A stretch of 36,197 nucleotides of DNA from Desulfonatronaceae bacterium UBA663 (GTDB lineage: Bacteria; Desulfobacterota; Desulfovibrionia; Desulfovibrionales; Desulfonatronaceae), in the NCBI GenBank assembly GCA_002299865.1, contig DBNV01000097.1, forward strand, positions 1,456-37,652. The letters run 5' to 3'. Made by a program: the position numbers and the translations under genes. Position 1 is the stretch's first letter. Each line of letters begins with the position of its first letter. Below the pieces are notes generated by a model. That model did not search any database. It was not told the DNA's origin and saw only the letters and a list, made by a program, of their open reading frames with translations. Below are positions 8,548 through 16,997 of the stretch, in pieces.

Positions 8548-10530
8548 TTGGCGAATGAAAAAATAAAAGTACATTTCGATCCCGATTTAATTGAAATTGT
8601 GGTGGTCCAAGCCGCCAATTTGCTGGAAGCGGCGATCGCCGCCGGGGTGCAGATCAATGCTTCCTGCGGGGGTGCCGGGGTTTGTGGCACTTGCAAGGTC
8701 ATCATTGAAAAAGGGGAAGTGACCGGCAGCCGGACCGAGAAGCTTTCGGAAACGGAGTATGAACAAGGTTTCCGGATGGCTTGCCGGAGCAGCGTCGTTA
8801 CCGATTTGACGGTGCATATTCCGGTCGAATCAAGGCTGGAGAAAACTGCTTCCGTCCGAGGTAGCGGGGAGTTGGCGGCGGGCGGACAACAGCTTGATGC
8901 CGAGCCGGAGGTCTTGGCTGCCGGCTGGGAATTTAAGCCCCCTTTGAGCAAGCTGTTTATCGAATTACCACCACCGACCTTGGACGACAACGTCAGTGAT
9001 CTTTCTCGGCTATTGAGAGGTTTGAAGCGACAATATCACCTGGAAAACGTTGCGGTAGACTTCGGTGTGGTCCGGAAGCTGGCCGAGGTTTTGCGGGTCG
9101 GTGATTGGCAGGTCACGGTCACCACTCTTGTGGATGAAAGCATCGCCCAATCAAGTGGTGAGCGCAAGCAGACCATCATAAACATCGAGCCCGGAGATAC
9201 CAGAGGCCGGCATTACTCGTTGGCCTTTGATCTCGGCACCACCACGGTTCATGGGCAGTTGCTCGATTTGAACCGGGGGGAAGTCTTAGCTCTGGGCATT
9301 GATTACAACCGCCAACTCAGTTGTGGGGAAGACGTGATCACCCGGATTGCGTACTGCCGGCGACCGGGTGGACAGGCTAAGTTGCAGCAGTTGGCGGTTG
9401 CAACCATCAATGGGATTATCGAGCAAGTACTGGTCCGTACCGGGGTTGAGCGGAAACATATTGGTCACGTGGTGGTTGCCGGTAACACCACCATGCTCCA
9501 TCTCCTATTTGGTCTGGAGCCAAAATATATCCGGTTGGCGCCTTATGCCCCGGTCGCCAGTTCTATTCCCCGGGTGAAGGCAAATGATTTGGGTATCGAA
9601 TTGGGAGAATATGTTTACCTCCATGCGTTGCCCTCGGTGGCGAGCTACGTTGGCGCTGATATTGTTTCCGGGATTTTGGGGACCGGGGTATATCAGAGCG
9701 AGAAACTAACGCTCTTTATGGACATCGGGACCAACGGTGAACTGGTGGTCGGAAATTCCGATTGGCTGGTCGCGGCTGCTTGTTCGGCTGGTCCGGCCCT
9801 GGAGGGCGGCGGGATCAAGCACGGTATGATTGCCGCTAGTGGGGCCATTGAAAGTTTTGACCTCGATCCGTCAAGCTTCGAACCGGCGGTTGAGACCATT
9901 GGCGGGGCCAGACCCAAGGGGATCTGCGGCTCGGGTTTGATCAATACCGTTGCCGCACTATTGACCGCCGGGGTCATTAATCAAAATGGCCAATTTAACC
10001 TCAATCTCCCTACCAAGAGAGTCAGGAAGGGTAGCGATGGCGGTGAATACGTCCTGTGTTGGGCCTCTGAAACGCAAATCGGCAGGGATATTGTGCTCAC
10101 CGAGGTGGATATGGATAACCTCATCCGGGCCAAGGCAGCCATGTACGCCGGGGGTCGGACATTGCTCCAAAGCGTGGCGCTCGGCTACTCCGATCTGGAG
10201 CGGGTGATTATCGCCGGTACCTTTGGCAGTAAGATTAACATTGAAAAGGCAATTACCATCGGCTTGCTTCCCGACCTGCCTCGGGACAAGTTTATTTTCG
10301 CCGGCAATAGTTCGCTTTTGGGGGCAAGATTGACTTCGTTTTCTGCTGGCATGCTTGATGAAGGGGAGCGGGTGGCGCGGATGATGACCAATCTTGAATT
10401 GAGTGAAAGTGCCGTTTTTATGGAGAATTATGTGGCGGCGCTATTTTTGCCGCACACCAATGCGGCTGAGTTTCCATCGGCAGGGTTCCCCCTTTCAATA
10501 GAATCCCCCTTTCAGGAGGTGCAGAGGTGA
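8548..10530 (+). CDS. acsV: Reductive activator of corrinoid Fe-S protein (RACo/AcsV, ASKHA ATPase with N-terminal 2Fe-2S domain)
   Basis: CGGAGVCGTC...C 2Fe-2S domain, DLGTTT, GEDVITRI, DIGTNGE, CSAGPALEG, GICGSG. TTG start at 8548 after GGAGG. Confidence 0.85.
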   Translation: MANEKIKVHFDPDLIEIVVVQAANLLEAAIAAGVQINASCGGAGVCGTCKVIIEKGEVTGSRTEKLSETEYEQGFRMACRSSVVTDLTVHIPVESRLEKTASVRGSGELAAGGQQLDAEPEVLAAGWEFKPPLSKLFIELPPPTLDDNVSDLSRLLRGLKRQYHLENVAVDFGVVRKLAEVLRVGDWQVTVTTLVDESIAQSSGERKQTIINIEPGDTRGRHYSLAFDLGTTTVHGQLLDLNRGEVLALGIDYNRQLSCGEDVITRIAYCRRPGGQAKLQQLAVATINGIIEQVLVRTGVERKHIGHVVVAGNTTMLHLLFGLEPKYIRLAPYAPVASSIPRVKANDLGIELGEYVYLHALPSVASYVGADIVSGILGTGVYQSEKLTLFMDIGTNGELVVGNSDWLVAAACSAGPALEGGGIKHGMIAASGAIESFDLDPSSFEPAVETIGGARPKGICGSGLINTVAALLTAGVINQNGQFNLNLPTKRVRKGSDGGEYVLCWASETQIGRDIVLTEVDMDNLIRAKAAMYAGGRTLLQSVALGYSDLERVIIAGTFGSKINIEKAITIGLLPDLPRDKFIFAGNSSLLGARLTSFSAGMLDEGERVARMMTNLELSESAVFMENYVAALFLPHTNAAEFPSAGFPLSIESPFQEVQR

Positions 10531-11318
10531 GTTTTTCGATTGCAGTCGCCGGCAAGGGTGGTAGTGGAAAAACGTCGCTGGCAAGTCTAATCATTCGTTA
10601 CTTGAGAAAGAATGGTGTGGGACCGATCCTAGCGGTCGACGCCGACCCTAATGTCAATTTAGGAGAGAGTCTCGGAATTGAGGTGGAGCAGACGGTTGGT
10701 TCGGTGATCGCTGCTTTTGATGAGGAAAAGATGAATCTTTCTCCTGGGATAACCAAAGAGACTTACCTGGGATATCAATTGAGCACGGCGCTTGTCGAAC
10801 AGGAAGGGTTCGATCTTTTAGTGATGGGTCGGGGCGCGGGGCCGGGGTGCTATTGTTATCCCAATCATGTTTTGACGAACTTTATCAGTATCCTGGCCGA
10901 AAACTATGCTTATGTCGTGATCGATAATGAGGCCGGGATGGAGCATTTAAGCCGGAGAACCACACAGGATATTGATGTTCTGCTTGTGATCTCCGACCAT
11001 TCGGTACGGGGGGTCCGCACGGTGGCCCGGATCAGGGATCTGATCTTCGAACTTAAACTGGCGGTGAAAAGACAAGCGGCGGTCATTAATTTTGTTCCTG
11101 ACCGGTTGGACCCCTTCATCGTCGAGGAATTGGCCCGGCTGAGCATCGAACCGGTCGCGACCATCCCTTTGGATGAAGAGGTGCACCGGTATGATCTCCG
11201 GTTGAAGTCGCTGCTTGACCTGCCCGATACCACCGCAGCCGTTGGAGCAGTCCATGATTTAATGACTGAAATTTTATCAGGAAGGAGCAAAAATAAAAAT
11301 GTCGGCACGGATTATTAG
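10527..11318 (+). CDS. cooC: Second CooC/AcsF-family nickel-insertion ATPase (likely ACS maturation)
   Basis: IAVAGKGGSGKT, DADPNVNL, GPGCYCYPN, DNEAGMEHLSRRTT. GTGA overlap with the acsV stop. Confidence 0.85.
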   Translation: MSFSIAVAGKGGSGKTSLASLIIRYLRKNGVGPILAVDADPNVNLGESLGIEVEQTVGSVIAAFDEEKMNLSPGITKETYLGYQLSTALVEQEGFDLLVMGRGAGPGCYCYPNHVLTNFISILAENYAYVVIDNEAGMEHLSRRTTQDIDVLLVISDHSVRGVRTVARIRDLIFELKLAVKRQAAVINFVPDRLDPFIVEELARLSIEPVATIPLDEEVHRYDLRLKSLLDLPDTTAAVGAVHDLMTEILSGRSKNKNVGTDY

Positions 11319-12186
11319 TGGTATCGAGATCGCCAAGCAGATTCACCAAGAGCTGAAGCAGGAAATTGCCGCACTCAAGGAGCGGTACCGGCTCGTCCCG
11401 GGGTTGGCTACTGTTTTGGTGGGTGAAGACCCGGCCTCCCAGGTTTACGTCGGGCAAAAGGCGAAGACCTGCGCGGCCTTGGGTATTCACTCGGAAAGGC
11501 ATGACTTGCCGGCGGATGCTGACGAGGAGACTTTGCTGGCCCTGATCGACAAGTTGAATCACGATCCGGGAGTTCACGGCATTTTAGTGCAGTTGCCCTT
11601 GCCCGCCCACATTGACGAGCGCCGGGTACTTTATGCGCTTGACCCCCGCAAGGACGTTGACGGCTTTCACCCGATGAATCTGGGTAAGTTGATGATTGGT
11701 GAGCCTGATTATTTACCATGTACTCCTTACGCGGTGCAGCAATGTTTAATCCGGTCCGGGGTGGAAATTGAAGGGGCGGATGTAGTGGTGGTGGGTCGGA
11801 GTAATATCGTGGGCAAGCCGCTGGCCAACATGTTTTTCCAGAAACAAAAAGGGGCCAACGCCACGGTGACCATCTGCCATACCGGAACTCGGGACCTGGC
11901 CCGGCACACCAAGCGTGCCGATATACTAATTGCGGCCGTCGGCAAGCCCAGGGCCATCACCGCCGACATGGTCAAGAAAGGAGCGGTGGTGATTGATGTC
12001 GGCGTTAACCGCATCGGGAAAACCGAATCCGGTAAGGCCATTTTGGTCGGGGATGTTGATTTTGAGGCGGTCAAAGAGCAGGCGGGGGCGATCACTCCGG
12101 TCCCTGGCGGCATCGGCCCCATGACCATCACCATGTTGATGCTGAATACCTTGAAAGCGGCAAAAACAGCGTCCGGTATCGTTTAG
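11299..12186 (+). CDS. folD: Bifunctional methylene-THF dehydrogenase / methenyl-THF cyclohydrolase
   Basis: YVGQK, GILVQLPLP, KDVDGFHP, PCTP, GRSNIVGKP, DVGVNR, TPVPGGIGPMT. Confidence 0.95.
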   Translation: MSARIISGIEIAKQIHQELKQEIAALKERYRLVPGLATVLVGEDPASQVYVGQKAKTCAALGIHSERHDLPADADEETLLALIDKLNHDPGVHGILVQLPLPAHIDERRVLYALDPRKDVDGFHPMNLGKLMIGEPDYLPCTPYAVQQCLIRSGVEIEGADVVVVGRSNIVGKPLANMFFQKQKGANATVTICHTGTRDLARHTKRADILIAAVGKPRAITADMVKKGAVVIDVGVNRIGKTESGKAILVGDVDFEAVKEQAGAITPVPGGIGPMTITMLMLNTLKAAKTASGIV

Positions 12187-12571
12187 TCTGAAATGGTGGC
12201 TGCCAACGGTCGAAAATGTACTCCAAATGGCACCGGGGGCTGGTTGTTCACCTGGCGAAATGTGTTAATTGCAGTCAAATTGCAACATTTGGCCCCCGGA
12301 AGGCTTCAGTTCCCGGGCCGGGGTTTGTCCCCTGGACTGGTCCCATTCTTTTCAAGGTGTCTATTCCCTACACCAGAAGCCGGTTTTGACCATTGAAGGT
12401 TGGTTTCTTGGCAGCACGGGCTGTCCGTTGGCAAACTAATTCTAATCTGAACCAGTTAAGGATCAAGAAGTCGAGTGGTTGAGTGGTTGAAGCGAAACAA
12501 AGGCAAGGGGAGTTTTCGAGAATATGCCATTGGCGATGCAAGGCAAAGAGAGGACGAAAGGAGTGAAAAGC

Positions 12572-12790
12572 GTGTTAGAATATCAGGTTGAGCAAAAAAG
12601 TGCCCCCGGCAGGGAACAAGTGGCGGTATTGGGCGCAACCTTCGAGGAAGGCAAGCCCGAAGACGAGCTGGCCGGGAGCTGGCGACAGAAGTTGGGGAGC
12701 AGGGCGGAAAAGCTCAAATATTTGCAGACCGGTGAGCGGTATTGGTACGGAGAAGGGTATGGCAGCGAAAAGAGAGAGCCCCCGGCTTAG
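12572..12790 (+). CDS. Small uncharacterised protein (about 72 aa) within the WLP cluster
   Basis: GTG at 12572 lies 8 nt after AAGGAG. Co-oriented with the cluster, with a protein-like aromatic C-terminus (KYLQTGERYWYGEGYGSEKR). No domain recognised. Confidence 0.6.
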   Translation: MLEYQVEQKSAPGREQVAVLGATFEEGKPEDELAGSWRQKLGSRAEKLKYLQTGERYWYGEGYGSEKREPPA

Positions 12791-12859
12791 GAGTTGGGGG
12801 ATGAATAATGAGTGATGAAGTGGCGAGAAGAGAGAGCCCCCGGCTTGGGAGTTGGGGGA
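12765..12859 (+). repeat. Two 37-bp direct repeats (35/37 identical) separated by 21 bp
   Basis: GCGAAAAGAGAGAGCCCCCGGCTTAGGAGTTGGGGGA (12765-12801) and GCGAGAAGAGAGAGCCCCCGGCTTGGGAGTTGGGGGA (12823-12859). Confidence 0.9.
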
Positions 12860-12951
12860 ATTCAGGGAAAGTTTTTTGAGTTTGCAGTTTGGACGGTAAA
12901 GCTTTGCCGGGATCTGGGAGAAGAAGTTGAGCGTTAAGGAAGGTTTTAAAA

Positions 12952-13899
12952 ATGGCTTTTGAAATTCCGCAAACGAGATATAGTGGCAAAATTAAAGAAG
13001 TCCGGCTGGGTGAGGGAGATAAAAACATCGTCGTTGGTGGGGCGACGGTCTATCCTTTTTATCTTTTCGAGGGTGGGATGCCCAACCAGCCGCGGATAGC
13101 GATGGAGATCTATGATATGCCGCCTAAAGAGTGGCCGGAGGCCGCTTTGGCGCCCTTTGCCGGAGTGACCACCGATCCGGTGGCCTGGGCGCAGAAATGT
13201 ACTAATGATTACGGGGCCGAAATGATTTGTTTGCAACTGGTGAGTACCGACCCTAATGAGCTTGACCGAGGCGTCGAGGAAAGTGTGGCGGTGGTCAAGA
13301 GGGTGGCCGAGGCCCTTGATGGGCGGCCCCTGATTGTTTGGGGTTGTGGCAACGAAGAGAAGGATAGCGAGGTTTTGAGGGAAGTGTGTGCGGTCTGTGC
13401 AGGGAAGAACCTGCTTATCGGGCCGGTCGTGGTGGGGAATTATAAGAAAATCGGGGCGGCGGCCATTGGTTATCACCATACGATAATTGCATCGAGTCCG
13501 ATGGATGTCAACCTGGCCAAACAACTTAATATCCTGCTGGGTGGTCTGGGTGTTCCCGACGGGCGAATTATGATTGATCCCACGACTAGTAGTTTGGGTT
13601 ATGGCATCGAGTATTGTTACTCAACAATGGAGCGAATCCGAATGGCGGCCTTGACCCAGCAGGATGAGCGACTCCAGTTTCCCATTATTTGCAACTTGGG
13701 CAAAGAAGTGTGGAAAATCAAGGAAGTGAAAGCCGGAGCCACTCCTGAGTTTGGGGAGGCTAAGGAAAGGGGCGTGCTGATGGAGGCGATGTCGGCGATG
13801 CTGTTGCTTTTGGCTGGAGCCGACCTATTGATTATGCGGCATCCGGAGGCCATCGGGCTGGTTCGGGAAATGATTGCCGAACTGACAGTTACTCAATAA
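12952..13899 (+). CDS. acsD: Corrinoid iron-sulfur protein small (delta) subunit
   Basis: YPFYLFEGGMPNQPRIAMEIYD, SSPMDVNLAKQLNILL, IDPTTSSLGYGIEYCYSTMERIR, MRHPEA. Confidence 0.95.
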   Translation: MAFEIPQTRYSGKIKEVRLGEGDKNIVVGGATVYPFYLFEGGMPNQPRIAMEIYDMPPKEWPEAALAPFAGVTTDPVAWAQKCTNDYGAEMICLQLVSTDPNELDRGVEESVAVVKRVAEALDGRPLIVWGCGNEEKDSEVLREVCAVCAGKNLLIGPVVVGNYKKIGAAAIGYHHTIIASSPMDVNLAKQLNILLGGLGVPDGRIMIDPTTSSLGYGIEYCYSTMERIRMAALTQQDERLQFPIICNLGKEVWKIKEVKAGATPEFGEAKERGVLMEAMSAMLLLLAGADLLIMRHPEAIGLVREMIAELTVTQ

Positions 13900-13912
13900 G
13901 GGGGATCAAGAG

Positions 13913-14482
13913 ATGGTTGGGATGGCGGTGCAGGAGACCGGGTCGGTTTGCCGGTGTGCGGACAAGATTAGTGATAGTGCCGGTTCCGGACCGGGGGGGC
14001 AAGTAGTGGATGAAGTTTCCGGGATCGTTCGGGAAGTAATGACAAAATACCGGCACCACAAAGGCATGCTGGTGCACGCCTTGCAGGATGTCCAGCGAGT
14101 GTTGGGCTATCTGCCGGAGGATGCTTTGCGTATTGTCGCCGAGGAACTTGATTTCCCCTTTGCCCAGGTTTACGGGGTAGCTTCGTTTTACACCCAATTT
14201 TACTTTAGCCCCCGGGGGAAAAATATACTCCAGGTGTGTGTGGGGACAGCATGCCACATTCGTGGGGCGCCGGCCATTCTTGGTCGCTTTGAGCAGGAGC
14301 TCGGGATAAAGGCCGAAGAGACCACCGCCGATTTTGAATTTACCTTGGGGGCGGTCAGTTGTGTCGGTTGTTGCGGTTTGGCCCCGGTGGTGGTCGCCAA
14401 TGAGCGGGTGGTCAAGAAGAAGGACCACCACAAGATCATCACCCGTCTCAGAAAACAGGCGGAGGACTCTGCCGTCGGATAA
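13913..14482 (+). CDS. NuoE/HydC-like thioredoxin-fold 2Fe-2S subunit
   Basis: LQDVQRVLGYLP, VYGVASFYTQF, VCVGTACH...SCVGCCGLAP. Start position uncertain. Confidence 0.9.
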   Translation: MVGMAVQETGSVCRCADKISDSAGSGPGGQVVDEVSGIVREVMTKYRHHKGMLVHALQDVQRVLGYLPEDALRIVAEELDFPFAQVYGVASFYTQFYFSPRGKNILQVCVGTACHIRGAPAILGRFEQELGIKAEETTADFEFTLGAVSCVGCCGLAPVVVANERVVKKKDHHKIITRLRKQAEDSAVG

Positions 14483-14569
14483 CGGTGGTTGGTGGTCTGC
14501 CGGGGGCTTTTGTTCCTGGCATGCCGGCACCTGACCGCTGGTTGCTACTTTCAGAATAGGAGCGTCGTT

Positions 14570-16465
14570 GTGAATAAACTGCGGCATATAAATGACGTGC
14601 ACGTCCTCAGGGAGAGATTGCTTCTTGAGGAAAAAACAGCAAAGCAGCCCACGCTGAAGGTGTGTTGTGGAACCGGTTGTGTTGCTGCCGGCGGCCTGGA
14701 AACCGCCGCTGCCTTTGCGGCCGAAATAGAGAAGCAGGGGCGCGAGATCAAGGTGGTCAGGACCGGCTGCCTGGGATGGTGTGAAAAGGGGCCGCTGGTG
14801 ACGATTGAGCCGCAGCATCTTTTCTATCAAAGGGTTACAGCTTCTGATGTACCCCAGATAATGGATTTGACCATGGCGCGGGGAAGACCGCTGAACCGGT
14901 TCCTTTACGCCGAATCCGACACCGGGGAGTTTATTCGGTGGCGGGACGAAATACCTTTTTATCAGAAACAGACCAGTGTTCTTTTGCGTAATTGCGGGTG
15001 GATCAGTCCGACTGATATTTATGACGCCGTTAAAGTCGGCGGATATGAAGCCCTGGCCAAGGTGCTGGCCGGGATGACTCCGGAAGCGGTGATCGATACC
15101 ATCAAGCGTTCCGGGTTGCGTGGTCGCGGGGGAGCCGGATTTCCGACCGGGCTGAAGTGGGAATTATGCCGGAGGCAAGAGGGAACGGTGAAATACCTCA
15201 TCAGTAACGGGGATGAGGGCGACCCGGGTGCTTTCATGGACCGGAGTGTGATGGAGGGGGATCCCCACTCGGTGATCGAGGGGATGATTATTGCGGCCTA
15301 CGCCATCGGTGATGTCACCCAGGGGTTTGTCTATGTGCGGGCCGAATATCCGCTGGCGGTCACCAATCTGGAGTTGGCGCTGCGGCAAGCCGAGCAGTTG
15401 GGCTTGCTGGGAGAAAACATCCTTGGCACCGGCTTTAACTTTACCGTCGAGCTGAAAAAGGGGGCAGGGGCCTTTGTTTGTGGTGAAGCGACGGCGCTGA
15501 CGTGTTCCATCGAGGGCACAAGGGGTATGCCCCGCCAGACCCCGCCCTACCCGGTCGAGGCTGGTCTGTGGGATAAACCGACGGTGTTGAACAACGTGAA
15601 AACTTTCGCCGCCGTGCCGGCAATCATCAACCGGGGCGCTGACTGGTTTGCCGGTATCGGTACCGAGCGGTCCAAAGGGACCCAGGTATTAGCGCTCACC
15701 GGCAAAGTTAAAAACACCGGGCTGGTGGAGGTGCCAATGGGAACAACCCTCAGGGAGATCGTATTTGATGTCGGGGGCGGGGTGATGGACGACAAGCGGT
15801 TCAAGGCGGTCCAGATCGGCGGCCCTAGTGGGGGTTGCCTTCCTGAAAAACATCTTGATCTCCCGATTGATTTTGATTCCTTGTCGAGCGTCGGGGCCAT
15901 GATGGGCTCCGGTGGGCTGGTGGTGATGGATGAGGACGATTGCATGGTGGGAGTTGCCCGTTTCTTCCTCTCTTTTACGCAGAAGGAGTCTTGTGGGAAA
16001 TGTCCGCCTTGCCGGATCGGAACTTATCAGATGCTGAAGGTACTGGACAGAATTGTGGCCGGAGAAGGAAGGCCGGGGGATATCGAGCTTTTAGAGCGGC
16101 TGGGCGGCGAGATTAAGGCTACTGCCCTGTGTGGGTTGGGGCGGACTGCGCCCAATCCGATCCTGACCACTATCCGTTACTTTCGGGAGGAATACGAGGC
16201 CCACATTTATGGCAACCATTGTCCGGTCAAAGCGTGCCACGCCCTGGGAACTTACCGGATTGTTGACGAAGAATGTCTTCTTTGTGGCCTGTGTATGGAG
16301 GTTTGTGAGAAAAAGGCCGTGATCAGTGCCCGGCAAAGATACTATATCGACGAGGTCAAGTGCAATCGTTGCGGCATTTGTTTGCAGGCTTGTCCAGTGG
16401 AATGTATCCTTGTCGGTGAGTCAAACGGGATTGGCAAGGAGGGCGTTTATGAAGCCGGTCGGTGA
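14570..16465 (+). CDS. NuoF/HydB-like FMN and NAD(P)-binding subunit with N-terminal 2Fe-2S and C-terminal 2x4Fe-4S domains
   Basis: GTG at 14570 after AGGAG. Motifs CCGTGC...GCLGWC, SGLRGRGGAGFPTG, NGDEGDPGAFMDR, GAFVCGEATAL, GGPSGG, ESCGKCPPCRIG..LCGLG, HI...CP..AC, and two CxxCxxCxxxC motifs. Confidence 0.9.
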   Translation: MNKLRHINDVHVLRERLLLEEKTAKQPTLKVCCGTGCVAAGGLETAAAFAAEIEKQGREIKVVRTGCLGWCEKGPLVTIEPQHLFYQRVTASDVPQIMDLTMARGRPLNRFLYAESDTGEFIRWRDEIPFYQKQTSVLLRNCGWISPTDIYDAVKVGGYEALAKVLAGMTPEAVIDTIKRSGLRGRGGAGFPTGLKWELCRRQEGTVKYLISNGDEGDPGAFMDRSVMEGDPHSVIEGMIIAAYAIGDVTQGFVYVRAEYPLAVTNLELALRQAEQLGLLGENILGTGFNFTVELKKGAGAFVCGEATALTCSIEGTRGMPRQTPPYPVEAGLWDKPTVLNNVKTFAAVPAIINRGADWFAGIGTERSKGTQVLALTGKVKNTGLVEVPMGTTLREIVFDVGGGVMDDKRFKAVQIGGPSGGCLPEKHLDLPIDFDSLSSVGAMMGSGGLVVMDEDDCMVGVARFFLSFTQKESCGKCPPCRIGTYQMLKVLDRIVAGEGRPGDIELLERLGGEIKATALCGLGRTAPNPILTTIRYFREEYEAHIYGNHCPVKACHALGTYRIVDEECLLCGLCMEVCEKKAVISARQRYYIDEVKCNRCGICLQACPVECILVGESNGIGKEGVYEAGR

Positions 16466-16961
16466 GGTTTGTGCGGTGGTTAACACGCTGGAGTTTCTTG
16501 CCAAAGTCAAGTTCTGTGCTCGGTGTTGGTCATGTATGGTCGGGTCGGCGCAGGTCAGCGGGTTATTACGAAAACTCACCCGGGGGGAAGGAGTGCCGGA
16601 GGATTTTCAATTGCTGGGCCTGCTCTCTTTTGGGATGAAGGAGACGGCGCGCTGTAAAGGTGGTAAAGAGGCGGCCGGGGTGCTGGCCGATCTGCTCTCA
16701 TCCGAAGAATACGTGGCGCACGTGGAGAACAGACGGTGTCCCCAGCGGTCTTGCTCCGGGCTGACCACTTATCGGGTGGTTGCCGAGAGGTGTGCTATGT
16801 GTGGTTTGTGCAAACAAGTTTGTCCCGAGGGGGCGGTCTTAGGTGAGGAGTATCTGCCTTACCTTGCTGATAATGTACCCTACACCATCAGTGCTGAGAA
16901 GTGCACCAAGTGTGGCTTGTGCCTGCCGGTGTGTGCTGAAAACGCCATTGAGTTGGTCTAG
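16449..16961 (+). CDS. Stand-alone Fe-S protein resembling the C-terminal part of NuoF/HydB (4Fe-4S helical domain plus 2x4Fe-4S ferredoxin), about 170 aa
   Basis: ATG at 16449 after AAGGAGG. Motifs EVCAV, CARCWSC...RCKGG, AHVENRRCPQRSC, CAMCGLCKQVCP and CTKCGLCLPVC are colinear with the C-terminus of the preceding gene. Confidence 0.8.
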   Translation: MKPVGEVCAVVNTLEFLAKVKFCARCWSCMVGSAQVSGLLRKLTRGEGVPEDFQLLGLLSFGMKETARCKGGKEAAGVLADLLSSEEYVAHVENRRCPQRSCSGLTTYRVVAERCAMCGLCKQVCPEGAVLGEEYLPYLADNVPYTISAEKCTKCGLCLPVCAENAIELV

Positions 16962-16997
16962 AAGAGCTGATTTAACCAACGGAGAAGAGGAGAAGCA

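Noticed and set aside
12765-12859. Possible mini-CRISPR array (37-bp hairpin repeats)
   Set aside because: Only two units, a 21-bp low-complexity spacer, the first unit overlaps a coding 3' end, and there are no cas genes or AT-rich leader.
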